Assembly (NCBI GenBank): GCA_964016885.1
Contig: OZ024743.1
Location: 320,850,001-320,914,000, forward strand
Length of the DNA: 64,000 nt
Source: Eledone cirrhosa
Lineage: Eukaryota
Direction: 5' to 3'
Positions 1-13,691 of this stretch are shown in pieces. Both the position numbers and the translations under genes were made by a program. Below the pieces are notes generated by a model. It did no database searches. It had not been told where the DNA came from and saw nothing but the letters and a program-made list of their open reading frames with translations. Every line of letters begins with the position of its first letter. Position 1 is the stretch's first letter.

Positions 1-78
1 ATATATATATATAACCTCTCCTCCACATATACATCGGAGGCAATATTAAAAGTTTGCCACCAAGATATCTTTAAGTTC

Positions 79-195
79 ACAGAGTTCAAATTCCGCTGAG
101 GTCAACTTTGCCTTTCATCCTTACGGGGTCGATAAAATAAAGTACCAGTAATGTACCGGTTAATTGCTGGCCTTGTGCCAAAAGTAGAAACAATT
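79..195 (+). mobile_element. SINE fragment (family repeated about 7 times in the window)
   Basis: GAGTTCAAATTCCGCTGAGGTCAACTTTGCCTTTCATCC...GATAAAATAAAGTACCAG...TTGCTGGCCTTGTGCCAAAAGTAGAAACA, also at 865, 15621, 22915, 36440 and 55485. Confidence 0.75.
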
Positions 196-330
196 TTTTA
201 TATTTCTACTTGCAGCAACTTTCGATGAAATGCCTACAATGAAGAATATAACTCAATGATTTTTCCTTTGGACTAAAAGCTTTCGCTGATTATGATTTGA
301 AATGTTTCTTTCCTTATTCTCATATAAATA

Positions 331-710
331 CAGTGCATCTTCGCTTATCCGGATATCGATTTTCAGAAATTCGATTTACCGGACGGCTATTTCTATACTA
401 CTATTTATTCATTTTTAAAAAAGTACTAACTTTTTATGGTTTAACTCAACTCAGTTTTATCAAGTTTTTAGTTATTCTTATGTTTGTTTAATTAATTTTC
501 CTATAAATTCTAGCTGTTCTTTTGTTATTCTAATCAACTTTCTTTACTTAGCATTTGTCTTTTATTTTGACTAAAAGAAGCCAAAACATTAGAAACCACG
601 TGCATTATGTAACAATGGGATTTTAGAATTCACTTATCCGGATATTTCACTTAACCGGATCTTTTTCGAACTGTTTGGTTTTGACCGTCCGGATAAGCGA
701 AGATTCATTG
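331..710. mobile_element. Tc1/mariner (pogo/Tigger-like) MITE
   Basis: TIRs CAGTGCATCTTCGCTTATCCGGA and TCCGGATAAGCGAAGATTCATTG, each flanked by TA; subterminal CTTATCCGGA-like repeats; no coding capacity. Confidence 0.8.
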
Positions 711-864
711 TATATATATATTTATTAAAAATAGAAGTACCTGCACATATAAATACACACATACGCACAAACACCCACTTACCCACATCTACACCCATAC
801 CCACATATAGCTATATGTGTGTGTCGGAGTGTGTATAACATTATTATTATGTATATTGCCTATA

Positions 865-1085
865 GGGCGATGGATTGGCAGTATTGGTAGAACCTGGGAC
901 ACCATGCTTCGCAGCATAGAGTTACGGCACTTTACGTTCTGAGTTCAAATCCCGCCGAGCTTAACTTTGCCTTTCATCTTTACGGGCTAAATAAATAAAG
1001 CACTAGTAATGCACTGGGGTCGATTTAATCGACTTTCCCCTCCCCTTTAAATTGCTGGCCTTGTGCCTAAAGTAGAAACAATTAT
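865..1085 (+). mobile_element. SINE, near full-length
   Basis: GGCGATGGATTGGCAG head, GAGTTCAAATCC B-box-like motif, same body as other copies. Confidence 0.8.
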
Positions 1086-1199
1086 GTATAAATTGCCTAT
1101 AAATAAAATATCTCAGCATTGAAATTTGTTTTTGTCGTTTTATTCTTATTGTTGTTTTGTTTAAATCCAAAGTATCCTTGATATAGGTGAGCTGATCAT

Positions 1200-1560
1200 A
1201 GTCCATTCCAGTATTAATCAATGCATTCTTTACAAGCCGAGTGTGTATGATGTGGCTGCTATTTCCAGCGGGTCCTCTCAGGAGCAAACTTCTTCAACTT
1301 ATCCGTCTGAATCCCAAAATGAGACCAGCCAAGCTCATGGATGTTCTGCAACCATCTTGCTTGGTGGTCTACCTCTGGGACTCCTTGTGGGTCTAAATTT
1401 CGGTTTTGCCAGTAAAATCTGTTCAGCGATTCTTTCCTGAGACATTCTAACCACATACCTGTAGTAACATAGTTGTGATTTGTCTTCGGAGAAGTAGCGT
1501 CTCTACCTGAAGTGACTCTCTGATTTCTGAAAACTGCTGGAACGGATTCGGCAATGAGCC
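1200..1560 (-). mobile_element. RTE-clade LINE 3' fragment, degenerate
   Basis: Translates to the RTE C-terminal motif ARWLQNIHELGWSHFGIQTDKLKKFAPERTRWK; homologous to 8944-9150. Confidence 0.7.
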
Positions 1561-1569
1561 AGTTTCAGC

Positions 1570-1998
1570 ATTCAGCAATCAGAAGCAGGGAGGTAGGTGT
1601 AAAAGCCAAACTCGCTATCTTCAATTCGCTATTCGCGAAAAACCTTACCTATTGTCATGAATCTTAGGTAATGACCGAAAGAATACGATCACGAATAAAA
1701 GCGACCGTAATGGGGGTTCCTCCGAAGGGTCCTAGGAGTAATGTTACTTGATTGTGCGTAGCTCGAAAATTAGTGAGCCACTCCAATCAGAGTCGCTAAT
1801 TCTCCGAATTGAGAGATCACTGCACCGATACTATGGACATGTAGTTGGAATGTCTAAGGAAAGAATCGCTGGACACATTCACCGGGCAAAACCAGCCGGT
1901 AGGAGACCCAGTGGCAGAAGAAGAAGAAGAAGAAGAAGAAGAAGAAGAAGAAGAAGAAGAAGAAGAAGAAGAAGAAGAAGAAGAAGAAGAAGAAGAAG
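1570..1998 (+). mobile_element. RTE-clade LINE 3' fragment with (GAA)n tail
   Basis: LRIERSLHRYYGHVVGMSKERIA...GRRPSGR followed by (GAA)n; homologous to 8700-9010. Confidence 0.75.
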
Positions 1999-2054
1999 AT
2001 ATGTTTCAATTGTGTCCGGGTTTATATACGAATACACTCACACACACACACATA

Positions 2055-2118
<64 letters not shown>

Positions 2119-2589
2119 CATTCGTCTCATTCTGACGTCACCAGCCCTGTCTTTCCACGTGTGCGTTTTATTTTTCATAATCACGCATGATGGTGAACAA
2201 GCTTGTTTTAAATTCCCTTTTTGGCATATTAATCAGTGAGAAATTTTTTGGTTATCGAGTTGAGCTCTGCTGAGGATCGAATTCCAACCGTGACCATCTC
2301 CACTAAAAGTTTTCGTTAAATAGTCTTTAAGACTATACAGAGCATTTGAAGTTTTTCCAAATTGAAGGAAGAGTATTTTAAACTGTATTTTATCATGAGT
2401 TAAGGCTCTATTGATTTTTCCCTGGATTTCACTAAATTCTGTGGATGAATCTATATCCTGATTCTCTTTGAGTTGAGTTTGAATTATTTTTCCCACACCT
2501 TACGTTAACTATGTTTCCCATTTTGACGCTATAGTCACTTATATATTATGGAATACTGTGGTGGCTTTTTGCTACAATGTTTTCTATAC

Positions 2590-2663
<74 letters not shown>

Positions 2664-2800
2664 GGGAGTGTAACGTGAAGTTACTGTAGGTTCACCCTGA
2701 TGACCACATTCAGGTTCACGTCAGTGGCGAGGTGTAGAGCTAGATAGAGTGTATAATAAAACAAGGACGATTTGTTAAGTCTTCATTACGTTTATTGATC

Positions 2801-2886
2801 ACTGACGCGCGTTTCGCTATTAATTAGCCCAAGGTTCGATCTGTATCGATTTGGCCCGACTCTGGAATCAAAAACTCATCGGAACT
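2801..2886 (-). ncRNA. Degenerate type-I hammerhead ribozyme motif (CCGAUGA core)
   Basis: Minus strand reads CCGATGA-long insert-CGAAAC GCGC GTC followed by AATAAA; stem I weak. Confidence 0.5.
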
Positions 2887-2935
2887 CTGCTGTAGTAATG
2901 ACAGAATGAATAAATAAGGCATATATATATATGAA

Positions 2936-3060
2936 GGCGTGTGGCTGAGTGGTTAGAGAATTGGATTCACAATCTTGAGGTTGCGAGTTCGATTCGTGGA
3001 CCGGGCGATGCGTTATGTCCTTGGGCAAGACACTTTATTTCACGTTGTTCCTTCTACCTG
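2936..3060 (+). mobile_element. tRNA-derived SINE head with V-domain-like core
   Basis: TGGCTGAGTGG A-box, GAGTTCGATTC B-box, then TGTCCTTGGGCAAGACACTT. Confidence 0.7.
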
Positions 3061-3169
3061 GAGTTGCGACCGATAGATAGTACTAGCAACTGGAAAGACC
3101 GACGGAAACATTGTTTCCTCGGTCCGATTTGACGAAAGTCGATCGAAAAGGATATATATATATAGAGAG

Positions 3170-4052
3170 AGAGATATATATTTCTTTATTTGCCACAGGG
3201 GCGTACACAAATGGGACATTACAAGACGTGACGGCGGTGGTTTTACATAAAAATCATATAACTTTAACATTAATAAATAACAATAAACTATATATAATAA
3301 AATAACAATTGAAATCCCCATTCGGTTTTTTTTTTGGGGGGGGGGGACACGTTACTGTGGGGTTGTTTTACACCCCGTGGATAGAACAACCCTCAATACC
3401 AGGAACACGTTTTGTAGGTGTTCTCGTCTTCCTCAACCTACAGGTTTATATACAGAGAACGCCCATTCACTCGGGCCATTTTCGCCACATTCACCCCCCT
3501 TTCAACGAATTTACTGGGATGTAGCACATTCTCTCCACTCCCACCTTCCTTCTGAAGTGGTACTTAAAGAAGGGGATAAGTTGTTGTCCGGAGAGAAAGG
3601 TGTTTGCTCTCAGTCCTTTTAACCTCGTCCACCATATTACCTCTTTCGCCATAGCCACAGACAGAGGAAAACCGCCTCTCCTTCATTCTTGAATGAAGGC
3701 AGCGGGGTGATCCTCATGATGGACTCGACTGACAACTGGATGCGTCCCACGCGTGGCAGTAGCTGTTCGACATAATTCCATTGGTCAGTCACACCTGGGC
3801 ACTGAACAATTGCGTGCAGAACAGTTTCGAAGTCCTGCTCGCATCTTGGACAGGTCCTTTTGGCAGGATCTCTGCCAGGGCCTCCGTGCCTGTAGATTTT
3901 GTCTCGAACTGGTAGAGCTCCTCGGTAGCACTGCCAGGCCAGAGACCTCTGGAAGTTATCCATAGGCCCTGGACGGAAAGTCCTCCCAAACAGACTGGAC
4001 AGTTCGTCCTCCTCCATGCTTAGAGTTTCCACGACAACGACGTCACACTTAT
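3170..4052 (-). mobile_element. 5'-truncated Tx1-like LINE, family D (ORF2 C-terminus + 3' UTR)
   Basis: ORF 3637-4032 RSLAWQCYRGALPVRDK...CPRC...ETVLHAIVQC; 3' UTR matches 35918-36190. Confidence 0.9.
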
Positions 4053-4054
4053 AG

Positions 4055-4150
4055 AGATAGATAGATATATTTTTTTATTAGCCACAAGGGCGCACAAGAA
4101 ATATAAAATATAAAACCAAATATAAAATATAAAAACAAACAATTACAACA
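4055..4150 (-). mobile_element. Very short Tx1-like 3'-end fragment between (TATC)n tracts
   Basis: Minus strand ends TGCGCCCTTGTGGCTAATAAAAAAATATATCTATCTATC, the family A terminus. Confidence 0.7.
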
Positions 4151-5322
4151 GAGATAGATAGGTTTCTTTATTAGCCACAAGGGCGCAACAAGAAAAGGGC
4201 ACAATACAAAGACATGCCGGGGATTTTACATACAGTCGTGTAAAAAATATAAAAACAAACAATTTCAACAATCGAAATCCCCAATAGGGGGGAGGCGCCA
4301 CAAATGGGTTGTTTAATACACCGTCGATAGAACAACCCTCAACTCGAGGAGCGTGTTGTGCAAGTTCTCCTTTCTTCCTTTTGCTCTCTTCCTCAACCTA
4401 CAGGCTTATAAACAGAGAAGGCCCAATCACTCGGGCCATTTTCGCTTCATTCACCCACCTTTCAGTAAATTTACTGGGGTGCAGTGCCTCTCTCTCCACC
4501 CTGATTCTCCTTCTAAAGTGATACTTAAAGAAAGGAATCAATTGTTGTCCGGAGAGAAAGGCATCTGTCCTCAGTCCTCTCAACCTCGTCCACCATATAA
4601 CTTCTTTCACCATAGCCACCGTACAGAGGAAAACCGCCTCTCTTTCGTTTTTGAAAGAGTCTGGCGGTTTGATCCTTACTATGGACTCGGCAGTCAACTG
4701 GATTTGTCCCATACGCAACAGCAGTTCTTCTGCATAGTTCCACAGGTCGCTTACGCCCGGGCAGTGTACAATTGCGTGCAGAACTGTTTCAATGTCCTGC
4801 GCACATCTTGGACATGTCCTCTTGGAAGGATCCCTGCCAGGGCGTCCGTGCCTGTAGATCTTGTCACGAACCGGTAGAGCTCCTCGGTAGCAGTGCCAGG
4901 CCAGGGACCTCCGGAAGTTGTCCATAGGTCCCGGGCGGAAAGTCCTACCAAACAGACTGGTGAGCTCATCGTCTTCGACGCCCAGAGTCTCTCCGAGCAC
5001 GTCGTCGCCCTTGTAACGTACAATCCCTCTATAGAATGTCGAAGTGGAGTCTCCACTGATTGCTGCGCCCGCTTGCCAGAGGACTGTGAGCGCCTGAGCG
5101 CATTCAATGTGCCAGGCGCCCATCGTTTTCGGTCTTTTCTTCACCCAGGACTGCAGCTCCGTTAGCGAGACGAGATGTGGGAAAGCTTGTCTCACAAACG
5201 GTGCCCACACCGGTTGGGGGTCGGTGAGGAATACCTGGAGATGCCGCAGCCTCAGCGCATGTTTGCGCATCATCAGCCACGGCATTCCCAGCCCTCCGTT
5301 GGAAGGGTGCTGACAGCAGACG
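4151..5322 (-). mobile_element. 5'-truncated Tx1-like LINE, family A
   Basis: ORF 4398-5285 nearly identical to the last 295 aa of ORF2 at 27062-29752; 3' UTR near-identical; 5' junction follows TCTATC. Confidence 0.95.
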
Positions 5323-6055
5323 ATAGAATGTTCAGGTGTGGCACTCCATAATAGAAGGTAATCATCCTGGTATGAACACCTTTACTACTTCTTAATAGAC
5401 TACACTGTAATTTATAGATAAGTAACTTAATTTAGAAATTGGTTATAACCTCATATGATAGGGACTCAATTGAAGCACCATTAATGTAATTTAGGATAAT
5501 AAATTTAACTATGAAAATCAGCTAGTTACCTCCCCTTACGCATTAACTCCCCTTAGTCACACACACACTTCCGGAATATCCAATGTCTTCTCACACAACT
5601 AAAACATCCTGATCAAAGTAGGAAACGACAAGATATGGTTTATAACTTGGCTCTCCAGACACCAAATGCTGAATCATCGTGGATTGTGTGATAGACCTGT
5701 AGTCTATATATTGCGTTTCATGGATAGTGTGAGTGGTGATGTGTGCGAAAACAGTGGTGCTGTTTTGCCTATTTTATAATGTGTTTTGTGATATGTTTGA
5801 TATTTTTGATATTTTGCTGTTTCTCTACATTCGGGATTGTATATCATACAGGTGTATGCGAAAAAATGATTTAACAATACGGCCCACATGATAATATTGA
5901 TTGCCTGCTTTAACTGCCTGTTCTACAAATAACAATCTGCCGCACTCTAATCCTGTATAACTAAGACACGCGTGCATGCTACACGTGAGATTGTTTCATA
6001 CACTGACTACTCTAAACTTTCCTGTTGCTTTATCTTCATAAACAGCCAATGTTTA

Positions 6056-6280
6056 ATTTTTATTTTTATTTTTATTTTTATTTTTATTTTTATTTTTATT
6101 TTTATTTTTATTTTTATTTTTATTTTTAATTTTATTTTTATTTTTATTTTTATTTTTATTTTTATTTTTATTTTTATTTTTATTTTTATTTTTATTTTTA
6201 TTTTTATTTTTATTTTTATTTTTATTTTTATTTTTATTTTTATTTTTATTTTTATTTTTATTTTTATTTTTATTTTTATT
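6056..6280. repeat. (TTTTTA)n microsatellite
   Basis: Near-perfect hexamer array. Confidence 0.95.
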
Positions 6281-6423
6281 CTAATCCTTTAACCTTTATA
6301 TGTAAATTGCCATGCTATATCATTATGATGGATGTCAACCCACTGTGGGTCAATATATGCTACGTTTTTATATGTCTCCTGTGTTGAAAAGGAGGTCAAG
6401 TATGTTATAGATCACTAAATAGT

Positions 6424-6470
6424 TGCTCCGAAGAATCCAAACCTCGGTTTGGAGGAAACAATTGTAAGCA
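6424..6470 (+). ncRNA. Type-I minimal hammerhead ribozyme motif (CCGAAGA core)
   Basis: TGCT-CCGAAGA-ATCCAAAC CTCG GTTTGGAG-GAAAC AATT GTA-AGCA; stems I and II pair. Confidence 0.75.
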
Positions 6471-6504
6471 GATAAATGATTTAAAATGAACTTTGATTAC
6501 TGTA

Positions 6505-6592
<88 letters not shown>

Positions 6593-6634
6593 CGAGGGTT
6601 TTTATATGAAATCGTGTGTCGAAACAAATATTGT

Positions 6635-7174
<540 letters not shown>

Positions 7175-7699
7175 TATATATACTATAGAATTAAATGATA
7201 ATCGCGAAATAAGCTCAAGAGCACAGTTATACCTGTGTTCTCGGCATTGGCATAAAAGTCAAATCTATCATTAACTTATTTTGCACAATAGCTTGCGAGT
7301 GGAATTTTCAGTGGGAGAGCATATTACTTACATGGTTACGCGCGCGCCTGGGAGTAGGCCAGGTAATGTATGACTTCCAGCTATGTATTTCAACTAATAC
7401 ATCTCTTCCCCCTGAAAAACCTGCTCTATTACATTTCAGTCATTGAGCTATTTCTTCTACTCTGAGATACATACAATTATTTGTCTCTCTGTTAAAATGC
7501 GGAGAAACAGTAATTAAACTTTTCGAAGCAAGCAACACCGTGCTTCCTAAATCACAATATATGATATATTATAAAAATTAAAACAAAGATCAGTCATATT
7601 TTAAGTAACGGAGACAATTTCATCCGAAAGCTGAATATCAGGTTTTCAGAAAATATTTGTTTCACAAATTGACTGAGAATCTAACCGCTGAGATTCTGT

Positions 7700-9244
7700 A
7701 CTCCCTCAAATATACAATACTAACAGGAGCACCACCACCAGAGAGCATTTATGGTAATATATGATAACGGCAAAGTGAGGAATTTGATATTGATTAGAAT
7801 GACGAAATCTCTGAAGGTCTGAATCTCTGAAAAAGCACATAAGCAATGGCAATTTGGAGTGATAATCCCAATTTTCAAAAAGGCAGACAAGAGAAATTGC
7901 TCTAATTATAGAGATCTTCATGTAACGTCTATGCTAAGTGTCTGGCAAAGAGATGTAGGGAGATTGTCAGTCCAATCTATCTGATAAACAATTTGGTTCT
8001 CGCTTCGGACGCAGCAGAGCTGACAAAATATTTGCAACGCGACAGCTCTTTGAGAAATCGCGAGAGTACTGCCAAGAGGTGTATTCTTGCTTTGTAGAAC
8101 TCGAAAAGGAAAATGATTGTGTTCCACGGGACCTGCCGTGGAAGGTTCTGCAGCTGTATGGGATTGATGGTCAGCTTCTTGTTGCTCTGATATCTCTATA
8201 TGTATGCTCGAGTATTTGTGTTCGGATAAATGGTGCTAAATTGAAACCATTCAATGTAGGAGTCGGACTCCACCAAGGGTGCGTACTATCACCTGATCTG
8301 TTCATTAACGTGAAGTACAGGATTGATATGCCCAGTCGGGTTGGGAGTAGTATCACGACTGGCGGATGTAAAATCAGTCGGCTGGAAGTTGCAGACGACA
8401 TGTTATTACTTAACACGACAGTAGGTGATCTTCGTCGTGCCCTTGATAGGGTTGATGCCAAGTGCTGCATGGCTGGAATGAAAATCAGTGCTGCGAAAAC
8501 TGAGACCCCCGTCCTCACAAGGAAGCCTCCGCAGTGCAATCTACATGTGAATGGAGTTCCACTGAAGTAGGTGGAGAATTTCAAGTATCTTGGGGCCGTG
8601 TTCACGAGTGATGGAAGATAAGGGGTGGAATTAAGTGCCAGAATTGCAAGAGCTGGTGAAGTAATGCATCAGTTTCATCATACAGCAATCTGAAGAAGGG
8701 AGTAGACAAATTCCCTACCTTAAATTCGGTATCCATGCCAACCGATATGTGTGTCATGAATCTTGAGTAATGACAGAAGGAATACGATCGCTAATACAAG
8801 GGGCCGAAATGGGATTCCTCGGAAGGATCTTCGGAATAACGTTACGCGATATAGTGTCTAGCTCGGTGATCAGAAAGTCAACCTAGGTAGAGCCGATACT
8901 TCTCTGAATTATTGAGAGTTCACAGCTCCGATACTATGGGCCTGTGGTTATACTGTCTCAGAAAAGAATGGTTGAAGCGATTTTACAGGCAAACCCAATC
9001 GCTAGGAGACCCAGGGGCAGACCCCAAGCAAGGTGGTTGGATAACATCCATCAGGTTGACTGGTTACGATTGGGGATCAAGTTGAACCAGTTGGAGACGG
9101 TTGCTTCTGACAGGACGCGCTGGAAGGAGTGTTTGAGTACACTTCCCCCACTGTCGTCTAAAGAAGAAGAAGAAGAAGAAGAAGAAGAAGAAGAAGAAGA
9201 AGAAGAAGAAGAAGAAGAAGAAGAAGAAGAAGAAGAAGAAGAAG

Positions 9245-9327
<83 letters not shown>

Positions 9328-9330
9328 AAT
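7700..9330 (+). mobile_element. RTE-clade LINE, 5'-truncated degenerate RT + C-terminus, (GAA)n(GTT)n tail
   Basis: CFVELEK, GLHQGCVLSPDLF, VADD, KFKYLG-like and RRPRGRPQARW motifs with stops and frameshifts. Confidence 0.9.
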
Positions 9331-10589
9331 AGGCTATAATCAACGATATCAGAATTGGTTAGATACAATTGTAGACTTTGTAGACTTTTATGCTTCGGTT
9401 TCGAAAAAGCTATTAAACAAAGTATTAAATTTCGCAGACGGTATTGCATTAGAGATGATAGCAAGTTAAGAGTAATGACGCACGTCAGAAGAACATTTAC
9501 CTTACAAAAAAGAACTGCACTTGGGTTAATATAAACCCAACCTGTGGATTATGCGCCTGAATTGATTTATATTAGATAACCTTTAGAAAACCCAACGAAA
9601 AACATACATATATGCAATTAAAATGTTGACTACTGATTACACTACTATCTAATGGATCGTGTAGAAGTGCAGAGCTTCTATGAACGGTAGCAGGAAATTT
9701 AGACTCTCTCAGTTGAGAGGAGACAAAAACTGAAAAGCTCTCTATAATCAGACAATTATTTAAACAAGAGCCATACATGCAGCATATGTCCACACTGCAA
9801 CAAATATATTTTACAATTTTGCTCACTACTGAAGAGGTATTGAAACTAGAACCTTCGCTAATGTTGTTTATCAGATCATTTTCTTATACTTTAATTTTCT
9901 TTAAATACCCTTAATTAACGCACCCTTTTGATTTTGTCCATTCTCCCTGTGCTATAATAAAAGCAGCTCAACCAAAATCCCTTGTTAACTTTTACTTCTA
10001 AGCTTGATAAATCGAATCATCTCTCTTTATTTACTAAAGATGTATTAATTCACCATAGCATGAATGTTGACTTAATTAGTTTATAAACTAATGTTAATTG
10101 AAATTAGAAGAATTAATGTACTATATTAACTTGTATATAATTTGTTCTTAATTTAACTCAATTTAATTTCTATTATTAAATTGTAATTATTTTTATCATG
10201 CAAGTTCTCATGACGTTCATAGTAGAGAATGCATTATTAGATTAGATGTCTAATGAGGCCTCTCCGCTTGTATTTAAATCGGGATTGCCGTTCCTTCTAA
10301 TCACTACTATGGATGTCAGGGGCTTAGTGCCTACAGGAATGCCAACTGAAATGTCAAACGATGTCTGGCGATGTAATTTAAATCTGTGCACTGTGATATT
10401 GTTTGAAAGATTGCAGATTTTAAACAGTTGTCTGCAATGAAAGTGGGTTTACGACAACTAACAAATATCTTTGAGCTAACAAGAAACCGATCCATCGAAC
10501 TTTCAAATTTCGGTTATTTTATATTGCAATGGTATCTTATGTCTTGTCTGATATCAATGAGGCTCTCTCTCTCTATATATATAGAGAGA

Positions 10590-11960
10590 GAGAAGTGGTT
10601 GCACAACAGTTAGTTCACCATACCGAGAACAATTGTTTCACCTTCGCGGATCTTCAGCTCGAGATGTGTATGGTTATAGGAACAGGAAGGACAACCGTAC
10701 GAACGCACATGCGCAGAAACTCGGTCACTTCACACAGGCAATACTAGACTGCGTGCTGGAGGTGTAAGGGAGATAACTGCGAAAGTACGCAAAGTGTTTA
10801 GCTTGAAAATAAAATAAAAAGAATTAAAAATAAAATTACAAAGAATCAGTCCGGAGCCTTGTAGTTATGCAATAGATGTTTGGTGACGTGTGGACAACGT
10901 GTGAACAATTCACTTCTCGTGTTTAGGCAATCACTATTGCGTAATCTCTTTAGGATAGTTATTCGTTCGTCAATACATAAGCCACACGTCGGATTTTCCC
11001 TTGCGTATTGCTTGGACTTAATGATGGCTTTCCAATAAATGGAGTACCCTATACTTGAGTCCTTGAGGGACCATACGTGGCTCGCGAGTTTCGTGGATGA
11101 ACGTCTGTCCGGGTATCTGAAGGTAGACTGGTGGTTCAGGAAACGCTCCTTGAATCGGCCCTCCGCCATGCCCACATACGATTTGACCTCCTGTGGTTCG
11201 TTTGGTCGGTTGGAAGTGAGCACAGCTTCATAGATTACAGCTGGTATGTTGCATTGCTGTTGATGGGGGAAAGCTTCAGACTTACGGCAAGAGCACCCTG
11301 GTGGCGTGTTGCTCCTAGGGCTGCTGGTTATGTTCTTAGCGCAGGAGTATCCTAGTTTAACTTTGTGACGGTTAAAGATGGAGCGGTATTTATGACCTAT
11401 GGGGAAGTGTCTATCTAAGAGGGCTAAAAATGTTTTTCCTACATTGGTTTTAACATTGAGTAAGAAGGGAGGAGAGAACCAGATAGTTTGTCTATTGATG
11501 CGCTTACTTTTCTTAATGGTGTTGTTGTTAGTGGGAGAGTAATGATAGGTTGTGAGAAGCCGCTGTTAGCCAACGCCGTGTTATAGTAGGGTGCTGCCCT
11601 GTCAAAGATAGCCTTATTCGAGGAGAGGTTTGAGATTAGAGTACTGATATTCTTAACGAAGTTTCTAAAAACAGTGGAAGGGTGGCATGAGTCCTTGTGA
11701 GTGTAATTAAGTTTCTCGTTTAGCTTATGGAAGGGTCTGTGGCTGTGTGTGCCAATGTCTAAATTAGTGTCTAAGAAATCTACGCTAGAGAAGTTGGTAG
11801 CTACTGTTATCCTAAGGCTTAACTCATTGAAGGTAGAAGCTAAGTCTTTTTTAAACCGGTCGAGGTCGTGACCACTTTTATGGTTCGATAACGTCAGTCC
11901 ATCGTCGCGGTATATTCCCGTGTGGAAGTCCGGGAATCTAACACGTAATATGTCTAAGAT
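10590..11960 (-). mobile_element. 5'-truncated Penelope-like element (Naiad-type RT end + GIY-YIG)
   Basis: YRDDGL and VDFLD RT motifs (11439-11960); CSC..VIY..YVG..FKERF.NH..F..CGLC..E..LNTRSE..C.H endonuclease (10846-11300); HHR downstream. Confidence 0.9.
10624..10661 (-). ncRNA. Type-I minimal hammerhead ribozyme
   Basis: CGAG-CTGAAGA-TCCGCGAAGGT-GAAAC AATT GTT-CTCG, about 190 nt 3' of the GIY-YIG stop. Confidence 0.8.
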
Positions 11961-12021
11961 AAAAATATATATGAGTAAATAAATATATATACATATATAT
12001 ATGTACATATATATATATATG

Positions 12022-12070
<49 letters not shown>

Positions 12071-12360
12071 AAATAACGAAACGAAATTAAATTTCGTTTC
12101 GTTTGTAACTCACTTTTGTATGACTGACGCTTAAACAATTAAGTTAAAAAATGTACATCTACATATGCATACTGAAATACTAGTGTGCATATGAATACAC
12201 ACACGTATACATATGTAGATGTAACAAGTCTTTCACTGGTTACTTTACTGTGAGTAACCCAGCTATTCTGTATGTAAACACACAGACAAACCGGTTTTTA
12301 GAGTCATACTGGTTTTCGAGGAAACACCTTTCCTCTATTCTCCAGAAAGCCAGACAAGGA

Positions 12361-12403
12361 ATATTGAACTAGTTTCGTTGTTGTTACAACTCATCAGCAA
12401 TAT
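12361..12403 (-). ncRNA. Type-I minimal hammerhead ribozyme
   Basis: Reverse complement of 12721-12763. Confidence 0.9.
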
Positions 12404-12720
12404 TTACCTATCTACCGGCCTTTCTGGAGAATCGTAAAAGCACATATCGTTATATGCTTTTTCTATGAAAATTAGTAGTGGGCAGACCAATTTGCATAGA
12501 GTGTGAGTACGCACCGGTTCAGCGGAGACGATAAAAACAAATAACGAAACGAAATTAAATTTCGTTTCGTTTGTAACTCACTTTTGTATGACTGACGCTT
12601 AAACAATTAAGTTAAAAAATGTACATCTACATATGCATACTGAAATACTAGTGTGCATATGAATACATATATAACGATATGTGCTTTTACGATTCTCCAG
12701 AAAGGCCGGTAGATAGGTAA

Positions 12721-12763
12721 ATATTGCTGATGAGTTGTAACAACAACGAAACTAGTTCAATAT
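12721..12763 (+). ncRNA. Type-I minimal hammerhead ribozyme
   Basis: ATATTG-CTGATGA-GTTG TAACAA CAAC-GAAAC TA GTT-CAATAT; canonical core, 6-bp stem I. Confidence 0.9.
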
Positions 12764-12984
12764 TCCTTGTCTGGCTTTCTGGAGAATAGAGGAAAGGTGT
12801 TTCCTCGAAAACCAGTATGACTCTAAAAACCGGTTTGTCTGTGTGTTTACATACAGAATAGCTGGGTTACTCACAGTAAAGTAACCAGTGAAAGACTTGT
12901 TACATCTACATATGTATACGTGTGTGTATTCATATGCACACTAGTATTTCAGTATGCATATGTAGATGTACATTTTTTAACTTA

Positions 12985-13071
<87 letters not shown>

Positions 13072-13117
13072 CGTAAAATAAGAAAATTATAAAATTAACT
13101 TACTTACTAAAATTTCA

Positions 13118-13197
13118 CTCCCAACTAATTAGTTTCTGAAATGGAATAAATATACTTTCCGAAGAAAATAAAGAGAAGCATTTCGTCGTCAGGGAAG
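13118..13197 (-). ncRNA. Type-I hammerhead ribozyme
   Basis: Near-exact reverse complement of 13692-13771. Confidence 0.75.
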
Positions 13198-13691
13198 ACT
13201 ATTCTCAGCTAAGTATCCAGGCAAAGCGAGGACTCTGGAAACTTATACAAAAATAATTCAGTGGATAGAAAATAGCAAAGCGTGGACTGTATTCCTAGCC
13301 ATTGAGAAAATCACTGCCTACTGCGTCGGTGGCAAATTCAAAAAGAATCAATCACGTGACATCGAGGTCAATCAGTGGAAAGTGGTTTGTTAAAAAGACA
13401 GCGGCCTGCCTGCTACCATAGCAGCAGTCTTGGCCAATATTGCTAGACAAATAATTTGGAGATAATTATAAAGAATTAATATCTAGTAACATATATATAC
13501 ATACAGATGCATATCAATGCTATCAGATGTCACGTGATTGATTCTTTTTGAAATTGCCACCGACGTAGTAGGCAGTGATTTTCTCAATGGCTAGGAATTT
13601 AGTCCACGCTTTGCTATTTTCTATCCACTGAATTATTTTTGTATAAGTTTCCAGAGTCCTCGCTTTGCCTGGATACTTAGCTGAGAATAGT

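Larger units (their letters stand above)
5335..6500 (+). mobile_element. Penelope-like element 3' region ending in a hammerhead
   Basis: Homologous to 20705-21635 (GTTACCTCCCC..GCATTAACTCCCCTTAG.CACACACACACTTCCGG and AAAAGGAGGTCA blocks); same terminal HHR. Confidence 0.7.
12066..12990. mobile_element. Non-coding HHR element: 468-bp unit + partial direct repeat + inverted copy
   Basis: 12066-12198 repeated at 12534-12666; 12137-12455 inverted at about 12668-12990; flanked by (TA)n. Confidence 0.8.

Noticed and set aside
2693-2734. CTGATGA hammerhead-like motif on the + strand
   Set aside because: Stems I and II are plausible but GAAA and stem III are missing, so at best a deleted relic
2936-3010. 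tRNA gene
   Set aside because: A and B boxes are present but the cloverleaf is imperfect and runs into a SINE core
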